From: Dehalococcoidia bacterium
Lineage (GTDB): Bacteria > Chloroflexota > Dehalococcoidia > Bin125
Assembly: GCA_965247775.1 (NCBI GenBank)
Contig: OZ252031.1
Coordinates: forward strand, 708,072-772,071
DNA length: 64,000 nt
Direction of reading: 5' to 3'
Part shown: piece by piece, positions 20,929 to 31,105 of the stretch
Layout: every line of letters starts with the position of its first letter
Position numbering within the stretch: position 1 is the stretch's first letter
Made by a program: the position numbers and the translations under genes
Notes under the pieces: model-generated
What the model was told of the DNA's origin: nothing
Database searches by the model: none
What the model saw: only the letters and a program-made list of their open reading frames with translations

Positions 20929-22010
20929 GCTGGTCCTTTCGCGTGCTGTCGCCATCGGCGCGCAGACGGCCCGGACGTCTGCTCTCCCTCGACCAGGCGC
21001 GGGCTCACCTCCGCCGCGAAGAGCCGCATGGAGGCCATGATCTGTGCATGGCTCGGCCCGCCGACATGGACGAAGAGGATAACGTATTCCACGCCCAGCG
21101 CCCGGATCCGCTCGAGGGCCGTACCGCACTGCTCCGGACCTCCGAACACGGCCGATTCCCGCAAGGACTCAGTATCGAACGGCGTCCGCACCTGGTCGCG
21201 CTGCTCCGGCGCCGCCGCGTGGCGCCGCGCACCTAGCGGAAGCGCAGATGCGGCTCCTCGACCTCGCCCCAGGCCTGATCATCCGCTGGCGCCATGTAGA
21301 GCCCTTGGGCCAGCGGAGGCGTGCGGGATCGAAGGGCTCGCCGAGCGGCGCGAGCGCCGCCCGGTACGCCTCGACTAACCTTCCGACCTGGGTCAGCGTC
21401 TGCCCTTGCGCCAGCATCACGCCCCAGCCCTCCCGCGCTGCCCGCTCCACGCCAGCGGCGCTGCCGGTGGCCAGCCAGACCGGTGGGTGCGGTCGCTGGT
21501 AGGGGCGTGGGACGACCGCGACATCCGGGAATCGCCAGTGCGCGCCCTCAAAGTCGAACGGCTCCGTGGCCTTCCAGGCGCGCAGGGCCAAGTCGATCGT
21601 TTCGTCGAACCGGGCCGCGCACTCCTCCATCGGGTGGTCGAAGCCGTGATACTCCGTCCACTGGTAGCCACGCCCAATGCCGAAGTCGAAGCGGCCGTTG
21701 GAGAGGTGGTCCAGGATGGCCCCGGACTCCGCCAGGCGAAGGGGGTGGTAGGGAGCGCGGAGACGGCGGTGCCCAGTCGGACGTGGTCGGTTTCGGCGGC
21801 CAGATAGCTGAGCAGCTGGAAGTGTCCGCCGTGATGCCGTGGCCGGTGAAGTGGCGCTCGGTCATCCAGATGGATGCAAAGCCCAGCCGCTCCGCCTCCA
21901 GGGCCTGAGCGAGAGCCTGGCGATAGCGGTCGTGCTGGTCGGAGCCGGAGGGCCACTGAACGCTGTGAAAGAGGCCTAACTGCACGCGGGCTCCTCGCTC
22001 GCTGGTGAGT
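20925..22010 (-). pseudogene. LLM-class oxidoreductase, third copy, multiple frameshifts
   Basis: N-terminal LGFASIWMTERHF, middle GGHFQLLSYLAAETDHVRLGTAV, HPPVW block and C-terminal TALERIRALGVEYVILFV all lie in different frames. Confidence 0.55.
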
Positions 22011-22180
22011 AGACGGGGAGATTCCGGCCGATGCCCCAGCAACTGTTGTGCGAGAGATGCGGGCCACGCGGCTCCGCGATATAGTTCGCCCACCGGAAGA
22101 TGCAGGCCCCCAGAATGGGCTGGGGCGGCGCGACCGCCGCCCCAGGGCCGAGTCTCACGAACCGAGGAAGGGTCCCCCGT

Positions 22181-23449
22181 ATGGTCAAGATCATCTTGCA
22201 GCTCTACCCGGTCATCCCGGCCGCCAGCGAAGAGGAGCGCATCGCGCTGCGGCCCATTGGCCGCAACGCGGAGCGCTACCAGCAAGTCGTGCGCGATTGG
22301 GCGGACATCATCCGCTGGTGCGACAATGAAGACGTCTGGGGCGCGGCCACCATTGAGCACCACTTCCACTCCGAGGGCTACGAAGTGGGGCCGAACCCGG
22401 GCATTCTCAACGCCTACTGGGCGGCGATGACCAAGAACATCCGTCTGGGCCAGCTGGGCTACGTGATGAGCGCCCAGAACCCCATCCGGGTGGCTGAGGA
22501 AGCTGCCATCCTGGACCACCTCAGCCAGGGGCGCTGCTTCATCGGCTTCGCCCGGGGTTATCAGGACCGCTGGACCAACATCCTGGGGCAACACCTGGGC
22601 ACCCGCGCAACCCATTCCGACGGCAGCGCCGACGACAAGCTCAACCGCGACATCTTCGAAGAGCAGGTCCAGATGGTGCTGGACGCCTGGACCCAGGACA
22701 GCATCGACCACAACAGCGACATCTGGCAGGTCCCCTACCCCTATGAGACCGGCATCGACTCGTGGTTCATGAAGCAGCGCACCGCGGTCCTGGGCGCCCC
22801 CGGCGAGGTCGACGAGAATCTCAACGTTCGGCGCGTCTCCGTGGTCCCGGCGCCGTACACCAAGCCCCATCCGCCGGTCATCGTGGCCAGCAACGCCAGC
22901 ATCGAAACCGTCAGCTACTGCGGTGAGCGCGGTTTCATTCCCAATTACTTCACCCACATCGACCGCGCCGCCGGCCACGACCAGGCGTACATGGACGCCT
23001 CGCGCAAGGCGGGACGCCCGACGGTCTCCGGCCAGCTGCAGTCCCTCTGCCGCTGGATTCAGATCGGCGAGAACGACGCCGACGCGCGCCGCGCCATCGC
23101 CGCGTACGACAGCGATATCTGGAAGAACTTCTACGTGCCGACGTTCAAGGCGGTGGCGCCGGACGCGGCCAGCCTGCGCGAAGAAGGTGCCCCGGAGGAC
23201 TTCGTCGATGACGTCGTCGGCTCCGGCATCTGGTTCTGGGGGGACATCCACAAGGTGAAGGACCAGATGGTGAGCGAATGGAAGCGGCTCCCCGCCGAGT
23301 ACATCACGATCATCTTCCACTTCGCCCAAATGCCGAAGGAGGCCGTGCTCTACAACTTGGACCGCTTCATCAAGGAGATCAAGCCGGACCTGGACGAGAT
23401 CACGGAGAAGGCCCACGCCGGCAGCGGCGTGGCCACCCCCGCCAGCTGA
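22181..23449 (+). CDS. LLM-class (luciferase-like) flavin-dependent oxidoreductase
   Basis: ~70% identical at protein level to 19060..20322 (MVKIILQLYPV...WGAATIEHHFHSEGYE...). Confidence 0.85.
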   Translation: MVKIILQLYPVIPAASEEERIALRPIGRNAERYQQVVRDWADIIRWCDNEDVWGAATIEHHFHSEGYEVGPNPGILNAYWAAMTKNIRLGQLGYVMSAQNPIRVAEEAAILDHLSQGRCFIGFARGYQDRWTNILGQHLGTRATHSDGSADDKLNRDIFEEQVQMVLDAWTQDSIDHNSDIWQVPYPYETGIDSWFMKQRTAVLGAPGEVDENLNVRRVSVVPAPYTKPHPPVIVASNASIETVSYCGERGFIPNYFTHIDRAAGHDQAYMDASRKAGRPTVSGQLQSLCRWIQIGENDADARRAIAAYDSDIWKNFYVPTFKAVAPDAASLREEGAPEDFVDDVVGSGIWFWGDIHKVKDQMVSEWKRLPAEYITIIFHFAQMPKEAVLYNLDRFIKEIKPDLDEITEKAHAGSGVATPAS

Positions 23450-23595
23450 CCCGGTCCATCGCGAGCGTTGGAGGGCCACCCGTGCGGGTGGCCCTCTTGC
23501 TTCCCACAAACGAGGGTCCCTATGCTGCCGCCGCGCGAACCGTGGACTGGTTCGCCGCGTCAAGCCGCCGCACGATCGTCGAGCAGGAGAAGGAT

Positions 23596-24546
23596 ATGGC
23601 CAACGAGCTGGAGCAAGCGTGCGAGAAATACCGCAATTGGGGCAAGTGGGGTGTGGACGATGAGTTGGGCACGCTCAACTACATCACGCCCGAGAAGATC
23701 GTCGAGGCCGCGGCCACGGTCAAGCAGGGCAAGGTCATCCACATGGGGATGCCGCTGGACTCGGACGGCCCGCAAACAGGCGGCATCGGGCGCTTCAACC
23801 CCATCCACCAGATGATCGCCACCGGCACCGACGCCGTCGCCGGCAAGCAGCTGTTCAACGGTGAACCGCTACCCGGCGGACTGGGCTACGCGGATGACAC
23901 CATCGCGATGCCCCTCCAGTGCGCCTCCCAGTGGGACGCGCTCTCGCACGTCTACGACCGCGGTCGCATGTGGAACAACCGCTCCGCTGACCTGGTCACC
24001 GCCGGTGGCGCCGCCGCCTGCGGCATCCAGACGATGAAGGACAAGATCGTCAGCCGCGGGATCCTCTTCGATGTCGCCCGCTACAAGGGTGTCGACTACC
24101 TGGAGCCGGGCTACGCGATCACGGAAGAAGACCTCAACGGCTGCTTGGAGGAGGCGGGCCTCTCCATCGGCACGGGCGACGTTGCCATCATCCGCACAGG
24201 GCAGATGGGCTACTGCGTGAAGAACGGCTGGGGTGACTACGCCGGCGGCGACGCGCCCGGGCTCTCCTTCTCCACACTCGACTGGGTCCACCGCAACGAG
24301 GTCGCGGCCATCGCCACGGACACCTGGGGCGCAGAAGTTAGGCCCAACGAGCTTCCCAACACCTTCCAGCCTTGTCATGTCGTCTGGATTCCCAACATGG
24401 GGCTGCTGGTGGGCGAAATCCTCGACTTGGAGCCGCTGGGCGAGGATTGCGCCAACGACGGCGTCTACGAGTTCATGTTCGTCGCGCCGCCGTTGATCGT
24501 GACGGGTGGGGTCGGATCGCCCATCAACCCCCAGGCCGTCAAGTAG
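23596..24546 (+). CDS. Cyclase-family protein (kynurenine formamidase / isatin hydrolase-like)
   Basis: Cyclase-family pattern: RGILFDV..., GDVAIIRTGQ, VAAIATDTWG. Start at MANELEQ. Confidence 0.65.
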   Translation: MANELEQACEKYRNWGKWGVDDELGTLNYITPEKIVEAAATVKQGKVIHMGMPLDSDGPQTGGIGRFNPIHQMIATGTDAVAGKQLFNGEPLPGGLGYADDTIAMPLQCASQWDALSHVYDRGRMWNNRSADLVTAGGAAACGIQTMKDKIVSRGILFDVARYKGVDYLEPGYAITEEDLNGCLEEAGLSIGTGDVAIIRTGQMGYCVKNGWGDYAGGDAPGLSFSTLDWVHRNEVAAIATDTWGAEVRPNELPNTFQPCHVVWIPNMGLLVGEILDLEPLGEDCANDGVYEFMFVAPPLIVTGGVGSPINPQAVK

Positions 24547-24574
24547 TCAACTCCCTCCACGCGGCGCAGTGAAC

Positions 24575-24596
24575 GGGGGGCGCGGATGCGCCCCCC
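24575..24596 (+). terminator. GC-rich hairpin (9-bp stem GGGGGGCGC / GCGCCCCCC, 4-nt loop) downstream of the cyclase gene
   Basis: Perfect inverted repeat seen in sequence, with no U-tract, as is common in high-GC genomes. Confidence 0.35.
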
Positions 24597-24662
24597 GTCG
24601 CCACCGGGGCCCGCGGACGCTCCGAGTCGGCGGGGTACGCTTGAAGCGCGAAGGGCTCGACG

Positions 24663-25514
24663 ATGACTGCCGCGGACCCCACCCGTCTGGTGACGCCCGA
24701 GTGGCTGGCCGCGCATCTCGACGATCCGACGGTCAAGGTCGCCGAGATCTCCTTCGCTGCCCAGGACACCGCCTATGAGCGCGGCCACATCCCCGGTGCG
24801 CGCTGGTGGTATTGGAAGGCCCTCTGCTGGGACGACGACATTCGCGAGTTGGTTACCCCCGCGCAGATGGCGGCGCGTCTGGGCGCGGCCGGCGTGGGAG
24901 CGGATGACACGCTGGTGCTGTACGGTGACCCCGCCCAGTTCGGCAGTTACGCGTTCTGGGCCCTGCACATGGCAGGCCATCGCGACATACGCCTTCTCAA
25001 CGGCAGCCGCGCTCGGTGGGAGGCCGAGGGCCTGCCCCTCACAACCGACGCCCCTGCCGTGAGCGCCGTCGACTATCCGCCGCCGACCGCGCGCGGCGCC
25101 GCCCGCGTCGGGCGCGACGATGTCCGTGACCATCTGCGCGAGGCGGGACGGGTGCTGCTGGACGTGCGCTCTCCCGCCGAATACCGCGGAGAGCGGGTCA
25201 TGCCGCCCCCCGGCTTCGACCACGGCGCTGAGCGCACCGGCCGCATTCCGGGCGCGGTGCATCTGCACTTCCGCGACATCCTCCACGACGATGACACCTA
25301 CAAGTCGCCCGACGAGATCCGCCGCCTCTGCGCCGCCACCGGCGTCGATGTCGCGGCCGGCAGCCAGGAAATCGTCACTTATTGCCGTCTCAGCCATCGC
25401 GCCACGTCCGTCTGGTTCGCGCTCACCTTCCTGCTTGGACACCCCGCCACCCGCGTCTACGACGGCTCCTGGACCGAGTGGGGCAGCATCGTCGGCTTCC
25501 CCATCGAGCGATAG
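24663..25514 (+). CDS. Thiosulfate/3-mercaptopyruvate sulfurtransferase (tandem rhodanese domains)
   Basis: Two rhodanese domains. Active-site loop CRLSHRAT. Confidence 0.8.
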   Translation: MTAADPTRLVTPEWLAAHLDDPTVKVAEISFAAQDTAYERGHIPGARWWYWKALCWDDDIRELVTPAQMAARLGAAGVGADDTLVLYGDPAQFGSYAFWALHMAGHRDIRLLNGSRARWEAEGLPLTTDAPAVSAVDYPPPTARGAARVGRDDVRDHLREAGRVLLDVRSPAEYRGERVMPPPGFDHGAERTGRIPGAVHLHFRDILHDDDTYKSPDEIRRLCAATGVDVAAGSQEIVTYCRLSHRATSVWFALTFLLGHPATRVYDGSWTEWGSIVGFPIER

Positions 25515-25972
25515 CCCCCCTTGGCGCGGCGCCCGTTGCGCCCCACTCACCGTTTCGGCAAGGACGGGTCCACGACACACGCGACCTAACTCCGGCGGAG
25601 TCCTCCCCCGCACACGGAAGGTCGGCCGCGGCTCATCGCCCGGGAAAGCGCCAAGCGGGTGAGGAACTGCTAGCCTCGCGCCGATCCGCGACAGAAAAAG
25701 GGGGTGGCATCGTGGCGACAACGGGACCTGTGGGCGCGGCCCCGGCGGAGCAGCGCGGCTGGGCATCGCGCCTGTTCGGGGCCCTGCGCACGGGCGCGAG
25801 GGGGATCTGGCTCCTCCTCTCCGTGCTCTTCCTCGCCCTGGGGCTCCTGCTGCGCGGCGCCGGCAAGGGCCTGACCAGCGCCGGCGGCTGGCGGTTCGGG
25901 GGCAAGAAGAAGGCCTAGGTCAGTGGGCGGTACGCACCCCCCGCGACGCCGTACACCCCCGCAGGCGGCACG

Positions 25973-27121
25973 TTGGGGGGGCAGGCGGTGACCCGGCGAC
26001 CGATCGGCCTGGCCGTCGCAGTGCTGGCGCTGTGCCTGGCCAGCTTCGCCGCGTTTCTGTTCGATTCGGTGGACGCCCCCCTCGCTCCGGCCACCTCCGT
26101 CCAGGTCCAGCGAGCCCCACCTCCCTCGGCTGCGCCGCAAGCCACCGCCCCCGCGTCGCAGAGCCAAGACGATCCTTCCGCCTCCCCCCCCGTGCAGCGC
26201 CGGGCGGCGCCTGTGATTGCCGTTCTCGCCGCCCAACCCGACCCGACGCGCCCAGACTCGACCCCAACGATGGCCGTCCCGCCCACGCCGCCGCCATCGC
26301 CGCCCCCCGCACCGACCGCCCCCGCCAGCATCGGTCCCCGCCCTCTCTCCGATCTGAGCGAAGCCGCCAGCGCCATCGCGGCCGTCAGACCCGGCGAGGT
26401 CGGCATCGTGGTGCTGGACCTGAGGGGCGATCGCACCTTCGCCTCTGGCGGCGAAACCTACTACGACATCGCCAGTTTGGCCAAGGTCCCGCTCATGCTG
26501 ACCGTGCTCGAGCACCTCCGCGCCGAGGGCCGTGCCCCCGACGAAAACGAGCGCCTACTCCTGGAACTGATGATCCAGTGGAGCGACAACGGCGCCGCCA
26601 CAGAACTGTGGCAGCGGCTCCAAGGTGGCGATCGCCAGCGCGCTTTGCTGGAGTCCCTGGCGGTCTGGCCGCGCCTCCTGCGGCTCGGCGACGGTTGGGG
26701 TGACCTGCGCGGCAGCGCCCAGGGCGTGGCCCTCCTCTTCGCGGAGATCGCCCGTGGCGACCAGCTGGCCGCCGTGGTCCGTGACGAAGCGATGGGCCTC
26801 CTGGCCGGGGTCAGTGTTTCCCAGCGCTGGGGGGTAAGTGCCGGGCTCTCTGACAACGGAGCGCGCGTCGATCTCAAGAATGGCTGGTATCCCACGGAGG
26901 CCGGCTGGGCGGTACACAGCGCCGGCTACGTTTTGGACGCCGAGGGGCGCCCAGATTACGTTCTGGCCATCCTCACGCACGGCCCACAAACGCTGGATGA
27001 GGGCATCGCCGCCGTCGAGAACATGGCTGCCGCCATTCACGCCGCGATGCGGCCCGACGCGAGCGAGGCCCTGACGCACACGGAGACGCGCGACGATCCT
27101 GCCGCCACCGATCGCCCCTAG
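25973..27121 (+). CDS. Class A beta-lactamase-related serine hydrolase with N-terminal membrane anchor and Pro-rich linker
   Basis: SLAK (SxxK), WSDNGAA (SDN), KNG (KTG-like) motifs. PTPPPSPPPAPTAP linker. A C8 tract at 26184..26191 lies in frame. Confidence 0.6.
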   Translation: MGGQAVTRRPIGLAVAVLALCLASFAAFLFDSVDAPLAPATSVQVQRAPPPSAAPQATAPASQSQDDPSASPPVQRRAAPVIAVLAAQPDPTRPDSTPTMAVPPTPPPSPPPAPTAPASIGPRPLSDLSEAASAIAAVRPGEVGIVVLDLRGDRTFASGGETYYDIASLAKVPLMLTVLEHLRAEGRAPDENERLLLELMIQWSDNGAATELWQRLQGGDRQRALLESLAVWPRLLRLGDGWGDLRGSAQGVALLFAEIARGDQLAAVVRDEAMGLLAGVSVSQRWGVSAGLSDNGARVDLKNGWYPTEAGWAVHSAGYVLDAEGRPDYVLAILTHGPQTLDEGIAAVENMAAAIHAAMRPDASEALTHTETRDDPAATDRP

Positions 27122-27192
27122 CCGGCGTTGGGCCCACACTGCAGGTAGTGGCATGACGGGTGCGCCCCGCTTCGCGTGGGGCCGAGCGATGT

Positions 27193-27634
27193 ATGCCGGC
27201 CGCTGAAATCGTCTCTTTAGCCGTCTTCTTGGCCTTCCTGCTGACGCTGGCGTGGATTGACCTGCGCACTCGCTTACTGCCCAACGTGCTGGTCTATCGC
27301 GGCACCGTGGGCGGCCTTGGCCGCACCTCTCCTCCCAGCCGACGGTTACGTGAGCGCATTCATCGGCGGCGGGCTTGGCTTCCTGGTGTTCGCTGTCGTC
27401 TTCTTCGCTTCTCCTGGCGTCCTGGGCGGCGACAACGTCAAACTGGCGGTGGCAATCGGCCTGGCGCTGGGGGTCCCCGACGGCCCCTACGCGTTAGCCC
27501 TCGGCCCGCTGTTGATCGCCGTTGTCGCGGCGCCCATGCTGCTGAGCCACCGCTGGACCCTGCGCTCACGTGTCCCGTACGGTCCCTACCTGGCAGCCGG
27601 CGCCGGCGCCGTCGCCCTGGCGGTGTCCCTCTGA
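27193..27634 (+). pseudogene. cpaA: Type IV prepilin peptidase, A24 family (CpaA/TadV-like), one frameshift near 27300
   Basis: IDLRTRLLPN (first catalytic Asp) in one frame. LGGDNVKL and the rest in another. Confidence 0.6.
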
Positions 27635-27643
27635 GCGGCCCGG

Positions 27644-27889
27644 CTAGAGCGTGTTACTGAGCCGCATGAACGCGGGTCCTAGCAGCACGACCAGGCCGGG
27701 CATAACGAAGAACAGCGTCAGGAGCAGCACCTTGACCGGCGCCTTCGCCGCCGCCTTCGCCGCCGCCTCCGAACGCTGGCGCTTTTCGAGGCGGATCTCG
27801 TCGGCCTGGGAGCGCAGCATCTGCCCCAGGGGAACACCGGTGCTCTGCGCGTGCACGATCGCCTGAACGAAACTTCGAAGCTCCGACAC
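27644..27889 (-). pseudogene. tadC: TadC-like (T2SSF domain) remnant, C-terminal ~80 aa only
   Basis: ELRSFVQAIVHAQSTGVPLGQMLRSQADEIRLEKRQRSEAAAKAAAKAPVKVLLLTLFFVMPGLVVLLGPAF matches the TadC C-terminus. It abuts the 3' end of cpaF directly. Confidence 0.55.
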
Positions 27890-29074
27890 GTCGGAACCTC
27901 CGAGAACGTGGGGCGCAGTCCCGTCGCTCGGAACTTGCCGATGATCTTGCCCTCTGCCGTGCGGCGCTCCGCCTCATACCGGAAGATGTCCTACAGGGTG
28001 ATGTTGTCCCCCTCCATCCCCGTCACCTCGGTGATGGCGGTGACGCGCTGCACCCCGTCCGATCCCCGCTCCAGCTGCATGACCAAGTTGAGGGCGGAGC
28101 CGATCTGCTCGCGGGTCGCCCGTACCGCCAACTCGAAGCCGGCCATCAGCACCATGTCCCCCACGCGCGAGAGCGCGTCACGCGGGGTGTTGGCGTGCAC
28201 CGTGCTCAGAGAGCCGTCGTGACCGGTGTCCATCGCCTGCAGCACATCGAAGGCCTCGGAACCGCGGATCTCGCCGACGATGATGCGGTCCGGACGCATG
28301 CGCAGGGTGTTGCGCAGCAACTCGCGCTGCGTGAGCGCGTGACGCCCGGTCATGTCCGGCGGGCGCGCTTCCAACGCCACGATGTGCGATTGCTTGCAGC
28401 GTCAGCTCCAGCGGATCCTCGATCGTGATGATGCGTTCGCTGCTCGGAATGAACGCCGAGACCGCGTTCAGCATCGTTGTTTCCCCGCCCCCGGTCCCGC
28501 CGGAGATGAGGATGTTCATGCGTTCGCTCACGCTGGCGCCCAGCAACTCCGCCATGCGATCGTCCAGCGATCCCACCTCCAGCAGCGACTGCAAATCCAG
28601 GCGGTCTTTGCGGAACTTGCGGATGGTGATGGACGCGTGCTTGGGGGATGCCGGCGGCACGGTGATATTCATGCGGGAGCCGTTCTCGAGGCGGGCGTTC
28701 ACCAGCGGGGAACTCTCGTCCACCCGTCGGCCGATGACCGAGAGGATGCGGTCGGCGATGCGGCGCACGTGCGCGTCGTCGCGGAAGCGGATCTCCGTGC
28801 GCCGCAGCTTGCCGTCCCGCTCCACGTAGACCAGGTTGGGCGCATTGACCATCGCCTCTTGCACCGCCGGGTCGTCCAGCAGGATCTGCAGCGGGCCCAG
28901 GCCCGGGACTTCGTCCAAGACCATCGTGACCACCCGGTCGCTGACCTCCCCGTGGGGCGGAACACCCACGTTGGGGAGCAGCGTCTGGACGGTGTTGCTG
29001 ACCATGCCGCGCGCCTCGTCCGCAGGGACGTCGTGCAGCTTCTCGAGATCGAGATTCTTCCAACAGTGCGTCAT
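27890..29074 (-). pseudogene. cpaF: Flp pilus assembly ATPase CpaF/TadA, frameshifted near 28380-28400 with an in-frame TAG near the 3' end
   Basis: Walker A ILISGGTGGGKTT-like (ISGGTGGGETT), IITIEDPLEL, then a frame change. C-terminal block [55 protein letters not shown] ends NITL*. QDIFRYEAERR continues after the stop. Confidence 0.7.
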
Positions 29075-29199
29075 GGAGATCGGCCGCGCGGGTCGATCTC
29101 CTGGAAGAGGCCGCCCGCACCTGGCCGGCGCTCCGTGCCGACGGGGCCACGGTTCGGCCGCAGCCGCATCCCCGGCGCGGGTGCGTTCTGACGCAACTG

Positions 29200-29754
29200 C
29201 CCGTCACCGAATCCGTCTCGTTCAACTCCTCGATGGCGAACACGTCGACGCGGTGCCCCGGACGGATCAGGCCGCCGGTGCCGATGATCTTGTCGAAGCC
29301 GATCGCCATCGCCCGCATGCCGCTGGGGATCACGAAGGGGAGGCCCTCCCCCTCGACCGTGGAGTTCACACTTGCTCTCGATCAGCTGCTCGCCCGCGAT
29401 GAGCGGGATGCGTGCGAACTGCCCCACCACATCGTTGGGGTCCGTCACGACTCCGCTCAGCACGGCGTCCGCCGAGATGGCCTTCACCACCAGCATATCC
29501 GCCTCGATCTCGGTACTGGCCGAGATCGACTCCCCGACCGTGACCACGCTCCGCGTGGACGCCGCCTCGGGGACCAGGGCTGGTTGCTCCTCCGTGGTGT
29601 TGGGGGAGGCGAAGATCAGGGCGCCCGTGATGCCGGCAAGCACCACGCGCAGCAGCAGCCCCAAGTGGCTACTGCCGCCCAGACCGGACAGCGGCGCGGA
29701 GATCCCTCGCAGCACCGTCAGTTCCTCCTTGGAGCCGTCCCTCCAGCCGTGCAC
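29200..29754 (-). pseudogene. cpaB: CpaB-like Flp pilus assembly protein (SAF domain), frameshifted and C-terminally degraded
   Basis: N-terminal block ...VGESISASTEIEADMLVVKAISADAVLSGVVTDPNDVVGQFARIPLIAGEQL and, in another frame, LPFVIPSGMRAMAIGFDKIIGTGGLIRPGHRVDVF. Confidence 0.5.
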
Positions 29755-29929
29755 GTTCGGCGGGCCGCGGGCCCGGGCGTCTAGTCAATCGTCGGCTGAT
29801 CACGTCCCCCTCAGTACCCGCGACTTTCCCGAGGGACTCGCCCGAAGGGTCGTCCCGCGATCGCCACGGGGGCCTGCAGGCTCCGGGGGCCCCAGGGCGC
29901 GTTTATGCGTCGCAGTTGGTCTGGGAGAA

Positions 29930-30369
29930 GTCCGTGGTCTCGAGCCGCATGATGACCGCGCGGTGTACTGCGTCAGGTCGAGCCCCCCGATGATGGGCGT
30001 GATCCAATTGTGGTCGAACGTGCCACTGACCGTGAAGTCGTCGTCGATCTGCGCCCCGCGCGGCTGGGCAGGGTGAGCGTAACGGGGTCGTTGAAATCCG
30101 AGGCCGCATTTACGCGGTCGATCACCGCCGCATCGCTGTAGCCCACCGCGCCGCAGCGCCCCCTCCCGCAGCGAGTTGGACGCCCCGACGTAGCCGTAGA
30201 ACAGCAACCCCAGGTCCGTCATCAACAGAATGGCGATCACGATCAGGGGCATGATCAGCGCCATTTCCAGGATGGCGAGCCCGTCCTGCGCCCCATGCCA
30301 CGCACCCATCCGGCGGGAGAGGCGCGGCCGCCGGGCGCGGCGCAGGCAATGGAAACAGGCCCGGAGCAT
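29930..30369 (-). pseudogene. TadE-like pseudopilin, frameshifted
   Basis: TadE N-terminal motif GAQDGLAILEMALIMPLIVIAILLMTDLGLLFYGY. A downstream block IDDDFTVSGTFDHNWITPIIGGLDL lies in a different frame. Confidence 0.45.
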
Positions 30370-30464
30370 CTGCCCGCTCCTGACTCCCGGGGCGCGAGCC
30401 CCCAGGGGAACGCGGGCGGGGGACCGCGGCAGCGGCCCCCCGCCCCTCACGTGTCAAGCGCGAG

Positions 30465-30677
30465 CTAGCTGGCCGCGATGGCCGCGTCCACGGCCGCTTC
30501 CGCGTCCGTCACCGCGTCCTGGCCGAAGCTCAGCAAGAGGATCGCGATCGGGGCCACGATGACGGCCGCCCCCAGCGCGTGGGCCAGCAGGGAGAGGTCT
30601 TCCTCGTCCTGGTGCAGCTGGCGCTGCATGCGGCGGTCCCGGAGCTTCACGAAGCCGGTCGAAAGGAAGTTGCGCAT
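30465..30677 (-). CDS. Candidate Flp-family type IVb pilin (atypical motif)
   Basis: 70-aa ORF with a charged leader (RRMQRQLHQDEED) and a hydrophobic stretch LLAHALGAAVIVAPIAILLLSF. The canonical G-ATAIEY motif is not conserved. Confidence 0.4.
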   Translation of the reverse strand: MRNFLSTGFVKLRDRRMQRQLHQDEEDLSLLAHALGAAVIVAPIAILLLSFGQDAVTDAEAAVDAAIAAS

Positions 30678-31105
30678 CTTTGGATCCCTTTTCCATGCGG
30701 ACAGTCGCCCGCGGTTCGCGCCGAGGTGCGGCCGGACCCGGCCAGAGCGCCCCGCGCCGCCGCCGTCTGGCGATCCGGACCCGCGGCGCCGCCTCGTGGC
30801 GGACATCACCTGGGCTATTCGCGAGGCCGCCGACGCCCTGCCCCCCGGCGACCGCGACCGCATCTGGGGATCGTGTCGTGGCGCAGGTCGAGCGCACCAT
30901 CCAGCGCGAGTCTGTCCCGGAGGACGACGCCCTCTAGCGCCCTCTCCGGCCCTCGGCTGGACGCCCGGATCCGGACCATCGCGGTCACCCGCGCCGCCCT
31001 ATCCGATCTACCGTTGTGCCCCGGGTTGGTCCGGGAACGATCGCTCCGAGCGCAGCGTCCTGCCGGGTGAGCGATTAGGAAGCACGCGAAAGGGGTCGAG
31101 AGTTA

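Noticed and set aside
25706-25918. Small ORF MATTGPVGAAPAEQRGWASRLFGALRTGARGIWLLLSVLFLALGLLLRGAGKG... between the rhodanese and beta-lactamase-like genes.
   Set aside because: It could be a small membrane protein. It has no start-codon context, is only 68 aa, and overlaps other spurious frames. It was not listed as a feature.
30680-30937. 85-aa ORF in the flp/SIMPL divergent intergenic region.
   Set aside because: Its composition is Arg/Pro-rich and junk-like. Only a short tail (…DRVVAQVERTIQRESVPEDDAL) looks protein-like, and that only after assuming a frameshift, so the evidence is insufficient.
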